A stretch of DNA of 64,000 nucleotides from a virus (lineage: Duplodnaviria; Heunggongvirae; Uroviricota; Caudoviricetes): the IMG/VR virus record IMGVR_UViG_3300022468_000286. One strand, written 5' to 3'. Positions 18,981-28,455 of the stretch are shown one piece after another. Position 1 is the first letter of the stretch; each line of letters starts with the position of its first letter. The position numbers were made by a program, and so were the translations under genes. The notes beneath the pieces were generated by a model that was given only the letters and a program-made list of their open reading frames with translations, was not told the DNA's origin and did not search any database.

Positions 18981-20185
18981 GCACCACCAGCACAGGCTTG
19001 ACTCCCCATAGTATCTACCTCAGTGTATACTTGCTTAGAAAGCTGTGTACTGAAGTCAATATCAATATAACTATTCCTGATAGCTTCCCACTTATGTAGA
19101 TTGAAGCAATCCTTCAAGCAGAAGGTCATCTGCATAATATCTCCATTGAAGAAGTTATTAGCAAACTTAGTGGCACGGCGAATCCAATCACGCTTCAGCA
19201 AGTCCTCAGAATTTTCCGGGTCAATCTTCAGTCCGAATCCAAGTGCAGTATCACATGCCATCCAGAGGTTGTTATTGAACGCATGCAGACCCTCAACTAC
19301 AAGTCCTGATGCAAACATACTTGCCGCACCATATCTCTGTAGAATCTGCTCTGCTGTAAGAACTTCCGTAAATGGAGCTTGAGCATATGCACGATCACCC
19401 ATAGAACTCAACAGAGAAACACCAGCAAACCACTGGCGATTATCGAACAGATATTGTTCAACCTCATCCCAGTCATCTACAGTAATGGTGTTACTGATGT
19501 TGTGCCGGAGGTTTTTATCAACACCCAGATCAACATTTGTACCAGCCTCTACCCAGAATTGTTGTGCCTTCTTGACATACTCAAGTTGCTTAACACCAAG
19601 CAGTTGATCCTTGTAAACAGAACCTTCCTTGCTTGTAATAGGGAAGCTCACAACAACGTCAGTTCCATTTGAACTCCATACAGATTTCTCAACCATCTTC
19701 GGGTTCTTCTCTGCAATAATCTTTGCTACTTCGTCATGCTCATTCATCTGTACATTTCGGAAGTACAGAGGTGAATGCTCACCGTGAATACCAGAAGCCG
19801 TGCCCAGAATAACCGAAGCGTTACCAGAAGGTTTAGCACAAGTAGTACGCGCTGCTGGATTAATTCCAATCAGTGCAGCAATCTCTCGATTAACTTCCTT
19901 GACTAGGTTAGCACCTTCAATCATGTTTTCTTCATTAAAGAGAATGTCAGGGCTATTCATCCATCCAGTAATCGACACACCAATCAATGCTTCACGTTCT
20001 GTAATTCTGCGGGTTGCATCTGTTAGATACTTGAAGTTTGTATATCCAGCTTGCAGAGTACCAAGAATAGCACTAGCGCGGCACATACGCAGGAATGTAG
20101 GAACATCCACACACATCCCGCCATTGCCCTCCGTAAGATTGCAAAATTGAAATCCACTCTCACCGTCTTCTGCTGTTGGCAACAT
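18962..20185 (-). CDS. Ribonucleotide reductase large subunit, 3' exon (C-terminal half)
   Basis: It contains the catalytic-site region FCNLTEG and a C-terminal Cys tail QACAGGACSVTW. The true exon start lies downstream of the listed ATG. Confidence 0.65.
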   Translation of the reverse strand: MLPTAEDGESGFQFCNLTEGNGGMCVDVPTFLRMCRASAILGTLQAGYTNFKYLTDATRRITEREALIGVSITGWMNSPDILFNEENMIEGANLVKEVNREIAALIGINPAARTTCAKPSGNASVILGTASGIHGEHSPLYFRNVQMNEHDEVAKIIAEKNPKMVEKSVWSSNGTDVVVSFPITSKEGSVYKDQLLGVKQLEYVKKAQQFWVEAGTNVDLGVDKNLRHNISNTITVDDWDEVEQYLFDNRQWFAGVSLLSSMGDRAYAQAPFTEVLTAEQILQRYGAASMFASGLVVEGLHAFNNNLWMACDTALGFGLKIDPENSEDLLKRDWIRRATKFANNFFNGDIMQMTFCLKDCFNLHKWEAIRNSYIDIDFSTQLSKQVYTEVDTMGSQACAGGACSVTW

Positions 20186-20995
20186 GCCAATTTCAACACC
20201 TTTATTTGTTACTCTGCTTTCGCAGGGTCAAGTCATTTCTGCTTGACTCTATATATCACTATATAGAACAGACTATATCATCACCCATTTCTGGGGTTTA
20301 TCGTCCGAGCTTATAACTAAAACTTGGCAGGGTGTATTCACCAATAAGAGCATCGAATTTCTCAACATCCCTAGCACGAAGCCTGAGATACCAATAATTG
20401 TTTTGACGGTTAATATTGAATTCAAGACCAAGCTTTTCTTTAATAGCTTGTTTCAGTAATAGATTATCTCCATAACTGAATCCCTTAGTATTCAATGTAA
20501 TGTTTGGTTTAGCATCTGGGGAGCGTTGATCTTGCACCCTACTACCATCTGCCATAAAAATAATTGCTAATGCTTCTGCATCCATAAGGGTAAGCATATG
20601 CGGGTCAATTACTTTCTTACCGTCAATATAAATTCGATTTCTAATTGTTGTTAATTTTGGATGATTTTTAGAACGTAGTGTAATCTGTGGCTTTCTGTTA
20701 AAACCATCGTCAGTTAATTTACGGTCTGAAATTGAACATCCAATCCCTGCCTCTACCAGAGTATCACGTACTTTTTCAACGTAATCGCTATTCTCTTTTT
20801 TCATATTCATGGTAAATGAAGCGTTGGTAGAATTCGCAACTAAGTATAAACCACCATCAAAGGTAGAAAAATAGTATAGTCGCTTAGTTAGTTCTTTACT
20901 CATAGTCGTTGCACCTTCCATATCGGATTGGCACAGGATTATCTCACTGAGACTTCCCCTGTTTTTAGATAAATTATTCATAAGACCTTACGATC
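20186..20995 (-). mobile_element. Group I-type intron with embedded LAGLIDADG HEG interrupting the RNR gene (boundaries approximate)
   Basis: The RNR reading frame is broken by stops on both sides of a free-standing 227-aa HEG ORF with its own RBS. An in-frame intein is excluded. Confidence 0.5.
20298..20981 (-). CDS. LAGLIDADG homing endonuclease (two motifs)
   Basis: The motifs are YYFSTFDGGLYLV and AIIFMADGS, about 100 aa apart. Confidence 0.6.
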   Translation of the reverse strand: MNNLSKNRGSLSEIILCQSDMEGATTMSKELTKRLYYFSTFDGGLYLVANSTNASFTMNMKKENSDYVEKVRDTLVEAGIGCSISDRKLTDDGFNRKPQITLRSKNHPKLTTIRNRIYIDGKKVIDPHMLTLMDAEALAIIFMADGSRVQDQRSPDAKPNITLNTKGFSYGDNLLLKQAIKEKLGLEFNINRQNNYWYLRLRARDVEKFDALIGEYTLPSFSYKLGR

Positions 20996-22006
20996 TTAGG
21001 CCGCTAGTTTTAACGGATTATAGCAGAACTCTTTATTATCAGTAAAGATAAAGCCGGGCTCACCGAAATCCTTCACAGATTTCATAATGTCTCGCCATTC
21101 ATCTCGCGTCAGTTCGTCACGGATAAGCATCACAGAGTTATTGCTGCGACCACGTTGAGGGTTCTTGGCAAACCAGTTACCAGTTTTTGCCTTCAGCATA
21201 TCCTGATCATCTTTATCGAACAGACAGATGGTAGCACTGCGACGTACACCACCAGACAAAACAGCGTCAGACATATGCATAACAAAATCATATGCAACGA
21301 TTGTAGGAATCTTGACTGCTACCTTACTATTTACCACGAGGTCTTGTAAAAGCTTTTCACACTTCACAAGGGATTCACGCAGACCATCAGGGCCGGGAGC
21401 CTTGAAACCTCCAGAAATCATCGCACCTTTTGGTCGAATCAAGCTATAATCAAAGTGAACCTGCACGCCTTGATATTCTGGGAAAGTAGCACCTTCAGTC
21501 AAATAGCTTGAAATAAGTACACCATAAGCATCAGCCCAACCCTCGATAGTGTCAGGTACGGTAAATACCTTTACTCGTTTTTCACTACGTTTCTGAATAC
21601 TTGGGATTTTATTTACATGATGTTTTTGAACTGAGAATCCTACACCGCAACCGCACAGCAGTAGGTACATTGCTTCTTGAAAGAAGGCTGGACGATCACA
21701 ATGCGAAACCGAACAATTATACATTCTAGCATTATGCTTGAATAGTTGTTCACCGCCGAATTGCAAAGCACGTTGTGCACCAAGTACAAGCTTTTCCTTA
21801 TAGGCTTCTTCTGCGTAATCAATAGCTGCAGCCAGAGCAGGAGTCATTTTATCTTTATACTTTTCCCGGTGCATGTTCATCACACGCTGTACAGATTCTA
21901 CCCATGATTCATAACGCTTATCTTCTTCAACCCACCGTGAATAGCCCATATAGAACTTAGATTGAGCCATCATGTCTTTTGTATTTTGTTCAGCTTTAAT
22001 TGTCAT
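20996..22006 (-). CDS. Ribonucleotide reductase large subunit, 5' exon (N-terminal half, no ATP cone)
   Basis: 336 aa ending ...GEPGFIFTDNKEFCYNP, just before the conserved catalytic NxCxE region. A stop follows, then the HEG. Confidence 0.6.
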   Translation of the reverse strand: MTIKAEQNTKDMMAQSKFYMGYSRWVEEDKRYESWVESVQRVMNMHREKYKDKMTPALAAAIDYAEEAYKEKLVLGAQRALQFGGEQLFKHNARMYNCSVSHCDRPAFFQEAMYLLLCGCGVGFSVQKHHVNKIPSIQKRSEKRVKVFTVPDTIEGWADAYGVLISSYLTEGATFPEYQGVQVHFDYSLIRPKGAMISGGFKAPGPDGLRESLVKCEKLLQDLVVNSKVAVKIPTIVAYDFVMHMSDAVLSGGVRRSATICLFDKDDQDMLKAKTGNWFAKNPQRGRSNNSVMLIRDELTRDEWRDIMKSVKDFGEPGFIFTDNKEFCYNPLKLAA

Positions 22007-22016
22007 ATTTTCCTTA

Positions 22017-22349
22017 TTATTCTACTGCCCCGCGAAGACGATACAAGTCCGTCAAGAGCTTTGATCCTGTGGCCTTATCCTTAGCTGCTTGTGTAGCATA
22101 CCCAGAATTTAGCCACTCTTTATCTGTCCGTTCATTACCTACGTACCTGTCACAAGTAACAATCTCTTCGAAACGATTTCGATGCTGAATGTTTTCTTGC
22201 TTTTCGATATTCTGCCGTGTTTCCATACCCAGTTCATGCAGCATTTGTTTAAACTGCTCTGGATTATTATCAATCCAGTCATAAGTGATAGTTGGCCGAA
22301 CCTTGGCAATCTCCGAAATGCTTACAAAGCAAAGTGCTGCAATACGCAT
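22017..22349 (-). CDS. Hypothetical protein
   Basis: 110 aa ORF. Confidence 0.3.
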   Translation of the reverse strand: MRIAALCFVSISEIAKVRPTITYDWIDNNPEQFKQMLHELGMETRQNIEKQENIQHRNRFEEIVTCDRYVGNERTDKEWLNSGYATQAAKDKATGSKLLTDLYRLRGAVE

Positions 22350-22428
22350 TGCTTACCTCCTGTATATGTGAGAGGAAAGACGTAGAACTCAATTGTACCA
22401 TGTCTTTCCTATAAAATCTAGTTAATTA

Positions 22429-23316
22429 TCAGTGCTTCGCATTATTAGGGATTAGCTGGCGGTACTGAATCCAATCTCTGAAATTACCAGACCAATAAAC
22501 ACCTTCTTTGTCACGATGTGTTACACCTTCAGGCCAGTAATATTTATCATCAAAGCACATAGCTTGGTGCTCAACAGGGGATGCATGTACAGGCTCTGAT
22601 TCAATCAATCGACTAAACACAGTTTCTGCTTTCTCCAGAGAAGTATCAGCTTTACGGAAAGAAGCCTGAGCGCAGCAACTTGCAGAGATTTTCAGGGCTT
22701 GCTTAATGGGAATTTGATTATGATTTTCATCGTAGTAAATCCGGCTGCCATCAATTTTAGACAAACCTGTCCCCACATAAGGTATATGCCATTCTCCGCG
22801 TTTGAGAGATAAAGGAATCGAAGCTTCTTCAGCGACTTTCATAGCATAAGCCAGAGCAGCAATCGTAGGGTCAGCATCCTTATGATCTCTCAGCCAATAC
22901 CAATTAGCCTTCTCTGTGGTTGTCATAACGGTACGCATGTGCTGGAAAGGCTCTGTAATGCGATTTACGACCTGCTTGTGTACCTTCATATCATCCATAA
23001 CTCTAGCGATGCTCACAGCCTGCCTAGCGGCTTCTAGCCATAGTGCTTTGACTGCTTCCTTGGCATTCTCATCTAGTTCCTTCTCAGCTTGCATTCCCGG
23101 CTGATTCATTCCCCAGTGAACGGGCATTGCTGGGTCTTTCTCAATCAAGTCCAACATAGCTTTGACTGGAATAGCTCTGGAGCTTGCCGCGTTACGTGAA
23201 AACTGTCGATGAGTCATAAACTCTCCATGAATGATTCTAGGGTAAATCAATTCATAAGTCGTAATTCTAACTCCCCGAGGGTTAATACTGTCTGCAATAA
23301 TCTTTGCTGAAATCAT
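22429..23316 (-). CDS. thyX: Flavin-dependent thymidylate synthase ThyX
   Basis: The ThyX RHRx7-8S signature is present (THRQFSRNAASSRAIP). 295 aa. Confidence 0.8.
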   Translation of the reverse strand: MISAKIIADSINPRGVRITTYELIYPRIIHGEFMTHRQFSRNAASSRAIPVKAMLDLIEKDPAMPVHWGMNQPGMQAEKELDENAKEAVKALWLEAARQAVSIARVMDDMKVHKQVVNRITEPFQHMRTVMTTTEKANWYWLRDHKDADPTIAALAYAMKVAEEASIPLSLKRGEWHIPYVGTGLSKIDGSRIYYDENHNQIPIKQALKISASCCAQASFRKADTSLEKAETVFSRLIESEPVHASPVEHQAMCFDDKYYWPEGVTHRDKEGVYWSGNFRDWIQYRQLIPNNAKH

Positions 23317-23663
23317 TCGTTCTCCTTCTGAATTTCACTTTCAAGCACAATAAAGGAATCAAAGGGTTCATTGAGATTCTTTACATGGTAGCGTTGGTAC
23401 CCAATAACTTCTACAATTTTCACTTGTTTACCTTCGAATCCAAACTCATCACCTTTCTTATATTTAGGTGCATCTATGTCAAGAGCCTCCCAGACAGTGG
23501 CAAATTTTTCGACTGCCTTAACTTGTTTGTCCTTAAACTGAAACTCATCGCCTTTGGCATGGATATTAATTACTTTATCTTTCTTGTTTTGCTTGTTTTG
23601 CATTATTTTCCCTTTCTTCTTCGATCCGAAGCTGGAGTTTAAACAAAAGACTGGAGATTGCAC
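23313..23663 (-). CDS. Hypothetical protein
   Basis: 116 aa. An internal Met (MQNKQ) may be the true start. Confidence 0.25.
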   Translation of the reverse strand: MQSPVFCLNSSFGSKKKGKIMQNKQNKKDKVINIHAKGDEFQFKDKQVKAVEKFATVWEALDIDAPKYKKGDEFGFEGKQVKIVEVIGYQRYHVKNLNEPFDSFIVLESEIQKENE

Positions 23664-24153
23664 AAGCTAGATGGTAGCAATCAGTGCCGCCTTCGCCGTT
23701 ATCAATAAAATCTCCACGCTGATCAGCCCAAAGGTGTCTCTGAGCAGCAGAGAAATATCTTGACTGAGGATTATCAACCAAACGCCAGTTCTCTTGATCA
23801 ATAGGCTCGTTGTACTTTATTGCCCCTTTGGTAAGGACCATCACAACCTCTTCTAGAGCGTCTGCGGGGACTAGGTTATACATAGGCTTACCTGCATCGT
23901 ATTTGCGGCCTTGTAGAGGCTTCTCAGCCTTATCTGTGGGCGTATTAACCTGAGTGATTTCCTCTTTCTGTTCTGACTCTACTTCGCTAAAATAACCTCT
24001 ATAGTAGTTTGTGCAGTTATCAAGTCCTTTATCACAACCTTCACGATCCCCGTTAAAGACGCAAAGATTGCAAGGTTCTTGCCCTTCCTCCGCAACCATC
24101 ATTATGTACTTCTTACCAAGAATCTCATACTGTTCCTGATCCGCTATTTTCAT
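23575..24153 (-). CDS. dNTP pyrophosphohydrolase-like protein (DUF550/MazG-fold type) with N-terminal Cys-rich domain
   Basis: The motif KYDAGKPMYNLVPADALEEVVMVLTKGAIKYNEPIDQENW matches the phage dATP/dGTP pyrophosphohydrolase family pattern. Confidence 0.45.
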   Translation of the reverse strand: MKIADQEQYEILGKKYIMMVAEEGQEPCNLCVFNGDREGCDKGLDNCTNYYRGYFSEVESEQKEEITQVNTPTDKAEKPLQGRKYDAGKPMYNLVPADALEEVVMVLTKGAIKYNEPIDQENWRLVDNPQSRYFSAAQRHLWADQRGDFIDNGEGGTDCYHLACAISSLLFKLQLRIEEERENNAKQAKQER

Positions 24154-24687
24154 TTAACCCCCTTTTGCTTGCTTTAGTATATTGATTGTCAGTAAAGTTT
24201 CCGCCTTAACTTTATCATCTGACCATGACACTAAATCGTTCAACGAAATTTTACCATGCATAAATGCCCAAAGGGTTGCATTTCCAAATTGCTTATGGAG
24301 CCATACATGATCTGCCAGTTTTAAGACTGCTAAGTTGTCTGGAGAATTATTCAGAACATCACAATCTCTGTGATGCACATGATGTCCTTTAGGTATTGAC
24401 TCTAGTTGAAGAATTTCACACGCTACTGCGATATGTAGTTTAATCTTCTTCTTTGAGAGTAATAAGCTCGTTTGCGGACTGAAAATCTGATAACCATCAC
24501 AATCAAAATTTCTATTCTTGTTGTTTGGATTCTTGGTCCCTAGATATGCATTACTTTTAAAGATCGCACTGCACGTAACAGAACAGAAGAAACCAAGGGT
24601 GCGTTTCTCTTTTCTCCGCGAGGGCTTGAGGTAGAAACTTCTACTACACTGCGCGCAGGTCGTATTATTTTCAATATGCTTTTCCAT
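24154..24687 (-). CDS. HNH homing endonuclease
   Basis: There is an N-terminal Zn-finger CAQCSRSF...CSVTC. The HNH core is HHVHHRDCDVLNNSPDNLAVLKLADHVWLH. Confidence 0.6.
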   Translation of the reverse strand: MEKHIENNTTCAQCSRSFYLKPSRRKEKRTLGFFCSVTCSAIFKSNAYLGTKNPNNKNRNFDCDGYQIFSPQTSLLLSKKKIKLHIAVACEILQLESIPKGHHVHHRDCDVLNNSPDNLAVLKLADHVWLHKQFGNATLWAFMHGKISLNDLVSWSDDKVKAETLLTINILKQAKGG

Positions 24688-25063
24688 TTACCTGTAACCT
24701 GTTCTCAATCTTATGATCTTCACGTTTGGCATTGTATTGTCGTTTTTCTTGAATAGCTCCTTCGAGGTCAAGATTCAAAGCCCCGCATAAATCGAGAATA
24801 CGAATAACTGCATCAGCAAGTTCAACTTCAATCATTGGACGATGTGGAAGTTTATCGTCTGGTAGATTCTTACGTGCCCCCTCCATAGCTTCGGATACTT
24901 CGCTATGGATCAGGCAAAGCTTCTCTGCTACGATTGCTTTACCGAGTCGTGTCCCAGTCAGTGCTTCATTGGCTAGGTTAAGCCCTGAATTCAAATCTGT
25001 CCACCACCCCGCTACGGCATTACCGTCGTGAACTTCTTTTTGCAAGTCTTTAATACTCCGCAT
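24671..25063 (-). CDS. MazG-like nucleotide pyrophosphohydrolase
   Basis: It has EKLCLIHSEVSEAMEG and MIEVELADAVIRILDL: an EExxE-type all-alpha NTP-PPase. Confidence 0.6.
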   Translation of the reverse strand: MRSIKDLQKEVHDGNAVAGWWTDLNSGLNLANEALTGTRLGKAIVAEKLCLIHSEVSEAMEGARKNLPDDKLPHRPMIEVELADAVIRILDLCGALNLDLEGAIQEKRQYNAKREDHKIENRLQVNGKAY

Positions 25064-25313
25064 AGTACTTTCCTTTCTTCTTAATACGTAAAATAGTCAT
25101 AACCAAGATGGTCACAATGCACACTAAGCACGCCAATATAATTCCGAAGACTGGTCCGGCATTTGCTAGTAGTGTCATGAATAGCCAAGCAATCAAGGCG
25201 ACGAAAACACAACCTAGAAACAAACCGGCTAAGAATCCTAAAAAGGTATAGTTCATCACATCCTTGGCAGCTTGCCAGTAGTCATACTTAAATTTAATCA
25301 TAGTGAACCTCAC
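25050..25313 (-). CDS. Small membrane protein (2 TMD)
   Basis: 87 aa with two hydrophobic helices. Confidence 0.3.
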   Translation of the reverse strand: MRFTMIKFKYDYWQAAKDVMNYTFLGFLAGLFLGCVFVALIAWLFMTLLANAGPVFGIILACLVCIVTILVMTILRIKKKGKYYAEY

Positions 25314-25438
25314 AATCTTTAATCAAAACAAAATTAAAGCACCTGTACTGATCAAGTTCTCTGCACCAGTACCTGTCAGAGTCAACACGTTCTACGTACA
25401 GAACCTCTCCGATGTGCTTATTGTACCACACTCTGCTG

Positions 25439-25648
25439 TCACTGCAACGAAGAATTTTTATTTTCATACCATTCCTCTGGTGTTACAACTACAAACTCCC
25501 TAGCAACATACTTAATTTCTGTACAATACTTATTGAGTTGTTGCGCTTTTCTTACTGCATCCCCAAACCTTGTGTAGTATTGGCTGGTGCGAAAACCTGT
25601 GTCAGTGCAGACTACACAGCTTACTTTGTCAAACATATAATTCTCCAA
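25439..25648 (-). CDS. Small hypothetical protein
   Basis: 69 aa ORF. Confidence 0.25.
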   Translation of the reverse strand: MENYMFDKVSCVVCTDTGFRTSQYYTRFGDAVRKAQQLNKYCTEIKYVAREFVVVTPEEWYENKNSSLQ

Positions 25649-25658
25649 TAAGAAAAAC

Positions 25659-25682
25659 CCTCAGCTTGCACCGAGGGTTTGG
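25659..25682 (-). terminator. Intrinsic terminator (ccctc...gaggg)
   Basis: aaaccctcggtgcaagctgagggttttt on the minus strand, downstream of gene 25689..26627. Confidence 0.45.
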
Positions 25683-25688
25683 GATCAA

Positions 25689-26627
25689 TTAAGCCTTCGG
25701 TGCGGAAAGCAAATTAGAACGTTTAGTTTTAGAAGTCTGGTTAGACTTGTCACGCTGAACTGTTTCGCATTCTGTACAACGTATCTCATTATATACACCA
25801 GAAGGAGTATACACCTTGCGTCCCGTGGATTCAAACTCATGATGACCGCATGAACGGCAGCGAACAATATCATCATCGTAGTAAAGAGCAGCATTGAAGC
25901 CTGAAACAAGTCCACGACTACGAAGAGCAAGGAATACTTCTACAAGAAGATCAACGTCTTGTTCGCAGTATTCTCGCATTTCTTCCATTGCTTCTTCCTT
26001 ACCTGCCTGCACATCTACCCACAGCTTAATACCGCTGTGACTAACCTTGCGACCGATATTCAGGTACGCGCCGAGAGCGTCCAGTCTATTGCTTGGGAAT
26101 CGAAACTTGCGCTTGGCAATCTCAAGAGTATCAACAACTTGTACTGTAGGTAGTGGAGGAAGGCCATTAGCCATGCATCGCAGTTCCAGCATCTTGATAT
26201 CGAAATTCTTTGCATTGTGTGCTACTACAACATCAGCGTTGGCAAACAAATCCCAGAGCATTGCACAGACAAGGTAGTCTTGATCATTGCGGATTTCAGA
26301 TTTATTATACAGTACAGTGGACTGATTTGCACCCAGCCAACGGTATCCTGCCATAAGAATCTTTCCACCTTCTTTTTCTACAGCATCTTGATTAATGAAT
26401 TGTTTATGCCTGCCAAAGCAGTAAACCAAAGCAGCACTTGTTTCAAGATCGAAGAAGAGTACTTTTGGGCCTGTGGTGGCTGCTGTATTAATAACTGCAG
26501 AGTGTCGCTTCAGAAATTCATTAACGCCACTCTTGCTCAGTCCTAGATGCGTAGCGATACTGCGACCGGAATAGCCGTCCTTGGCTTGTGCAAGGATTTC
26601 CTCTTGTAGTTCTTGGGAATATTTCAT
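25689..26627 (-). CDS. DEDD-type 3'-5' exonuclease with N-terminal HTH and C-terminal Zn-ribbon
   Basis: The exo motifs are FFDLETS, VVAHNAKNFD and YCEQDV. The HTH is GRSIATHLGLSKSGVNEFL. The C-terminus carries CRSCGHH...RCTECE. Confidence 0.55.
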   Translation of the reverse strand: MKYSQELQEEILAQAKDGYSGRSIATHLGLSKSGVNEFLKRHSAVINTAATTGPKVLFFDLETSAALVYCFGRHKQFINQDAVEKEGGKILMAGYRWLGANQSTVLYNKSEIRNDQDYLVCAMLWDLFANADVVVAHNAKNFDIKMLELRCMANGLPPLPTVQVVDTLEIAKRKFRFPSNRLDALGAYLNIGRKVSHSGIKLWVDVQAGKEEAMEEMREYCEQDVDLLVEVFLALRSRGLVSGFNAALYYDDDIVRCRSCGHHEFESTGRKVYTPSGVYNEIRCTECETVQRDKSNQTSKTKRSNLLSAPKA

Positions 26628-27139
26628 TGATTGTCCTTTACTTTCTGTATTACATTCTTGATTATATCAAAACTGAACTTTCGTGTCAATAGTGCTTTCT
26701 GGAATAACGTCTTTCGCTCTTTGGCATTTGAACCTTCAGTTTGATTTAATTCCTGTAGCACCGCTTTCTTCTGCCCTTCAGATAGACCGTTAAACCAAGT
26801 ATTAACTTTCTTCAACCACATATCGTGTCTGAATCTAGTATCGGGAGGTTTCTCTAAGAAGTTTGCAATCTGTCTTAGAGTCTGTGAAAGAGTATAAGGA
26901 CTCCACCATCTCATATATCTGATCCAAGCTCTTTCAATAACACCTAGAAAAGAATTAGCTTGCCTACTTGCTACTCCACGGACAAACATTTCATCGTCAT
27001 GAGCATGCTCTAAGATGTGTTGTTTGTCTTGGATTTCCATGCCAGTAATGATACAGGTATTGTTCTGCTCCTTCGTCAGTAATGCTCGGATGCGGGCCTT
27101 ATCTGCTGCGTTGTACAAGTCTTCAGTTTTACTTGGCAT
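26624..27139 (-). CDS. Endonuclease VII-like (His-Me finger) junction-resolving nuclease
   Basis: The motif CIITGMEIQDKQHILEHAHDDEMFVRGVASRQANSFLG resembles the T4 gp49 core. Confidence 0.45.
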   Translation of the reverse strand: MPSKTEDLYNAADKARIRALLTKEQNNTCIITGMEIQDKQHILEHAHDDEMFVRGVASRQANSFLGVIERAWIRYMRWWSPYTLSQTLRQIANFLEKPPDTRFRHDMWLKKVNTWFNGLSEGQKKAVLQELNQTEGSNAKERKTLFQKALLTRKFSFDIIKNVIQKVKDNQ

Positions 27140-27419
27140 ACAGCTTAGTGACTATCTCACGGTAGGCTGGAGTCTTAAAAAACTCCTTTAGAAATTCTTC
27201 ACTCTCTTTACGTTTCTTCTCTACATCATGCTCATACGCATAAAGGTCTGGGCCTTCAAAGTAATAAGTCATTTCAAAACCAAAACCTTCATAAGTTTCA
27301 TGAGAGAAATTTCCAGTGAACTGACCGGAACTTTCAGAGATCAATTTCGAATGTTTGCGGTCAAAATCTAAAGCATCTTGCACTTTACTGCGCAGTTCAG
27401 CAGTCTTGATAATATTCAT
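27129..27419 (-). CDS. Hypothetical protein
   Basis: 96 aa. Confidence 0.3.
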   Translation of the reverse strand: MNIIKTAELRSKVQDALDFDRKHSKLISESSGQFTGNFSHETYEGFGFEMTYYFEGPDLYAYEHDVEKKRKESEEFLKEFFKTPAYREIVTKLYAK

Positions 27420-28393
27420 AGTTTTACTCCGTACTTATCTAGCATTTCTTTAAAGTCCAGTTTGTCATTCTCATGACTCATCATTCTGGCGCACTTGTAA
27501 TATAAACCAAGAAGAAATTCATGATCTACAAATCTCTTTTCACCAAAACAATCTACATAACTGACTCCATTGCCATACCAGTTCTTGTATTGTCGAATAA
27601 CAATCTCAATGGCTTCTTTTTCATTCTGCGCTGGCTGCAAGAGTTTATACGCTCCCTTTTCGCCAAACTTAGTTCTGGAAAGCTCTGAAGGTTTATAGTC
27701 ATCTGTTGGATCGCCATTCAGCCACTGGAAAGCAAACCAAAGGAATCCAGAGCCTGCAATTTTCTTACCTGTATCGACCAATGAGCCAAAAGAAGGCATG
27801 ACCTCTAGGGTAGGTACCTCCTGTGTGAAATCGTACAGCGTAAGGCCCGTATAAGCCCTAGAGTCCTTATCCTGAGAGGCTAGGATAACGTCATACCCTT
27901 TCTCTAAGTATTCGTACCCCTTGATGATCAGATCGTCGTCAGCTTCTCTATTATTTGCAAGCAAAGAAGGGTGGTTCTTGTATAGGTACATCTTCGCTTC
28001 TTTTAGATTCAAAGGTCGGATATTGTCTACACGATTACCTTTATACTTGGAAGGTAAGGGTAGAGCATCTCTAAAATTCAGTTTTCCACTCAGACAGACA
28101 AGATACTCATCAGCAAATAACAAATCATTGATTTTCTGAATCTGATTTTTCATGATACTGCAGGTATTTGCTATAGGCTCAGGCTCTTGAATATCTTCAA
28201 ACTTATAGATCACAGGATCAAATTCTTTCCCTGCTTTAGTGATAGCTGCTTTACATTCTGTTCGGTTCTTGAATATTTTTGCTTTACCTGAAGGCTCATG
28301 AATGACCTTTACCTTACGTTCTTCTGTAGCTGCTGATGTACGATAGCTTAGTGTATCGCCATCATATATGATTATTGTTTTCTTTGCTGTCAT
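27416..28393 (-). CDS. Flap endonuclease / 5'-3' exonuclease (RNase H family, T4 RNase H / T5 D15-like)
   Basis: It has IIIYDGDTLSYR, EADDDLI and GDPTDDYKP, the FEN signature motifs. Confidence 0.75.
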   Translation of the reverse strand: MTAKKTIIIYDGDTLSYRTSAATEERKVKVIHEPSGKAKIFKNRTECKAAITKAGKEFDPVIYKFEDIQEPEPIANTCSIMKNQIQKINDLLFADEYLVCLSGKLNFRDALPLPSKYKGNRVDNIRPLNLKEAKMYLYKNHPSLLANNREADDDLIIKGYEYLEKGYDVILASQDKDSRAYTGLTLYDFTQEVPTLEVMPSFGSLVDTGKKIAGSGFLWFAFQWLNGDPTDDYKPSELSRTKFGEKGAYKLLQPAQNEKEAIEIVIRQYKNWYGNGVSYVDCFGEKRFVDHEFLLGLYYKCARMMSHENDKLDFKEMLDKYGVKL

Positions 28394-28399
28394 AGTATC

Positions 28400-28435
28400 C
28401 TTTATGCAAAAACCCCAAGGATTTCTCCATTGGGG
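28400..28435. terminator. Bidirectional intrinsic terminator (ccccaagg...ccattgggg)
   Basis: Hairpin flanked by A-runs and T-runs between genes. Confidence 0.4.
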
Positions 28436-28455
28436 TTTCTTTAGAGCTTGAAGAG

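Noticed and set aside
20186-20995. Intein interpretation of the RNR interruption
   Set aside because: Stop codons separate both exons from the LAGLIDADG ORF, and the HEG has its own RBS and start. This is not a continuous in-frame Hint-domain insertion.
22350-22428. Hairpin ggaaagac-N20-gtctttcc between thyX and the upstream gene
   Set aside because: It has no U-run on the transcribed (minus) strand, so it is not a convincing terminator. It may be an RNA processing or regulatory hairpin, but there is no further evidence.
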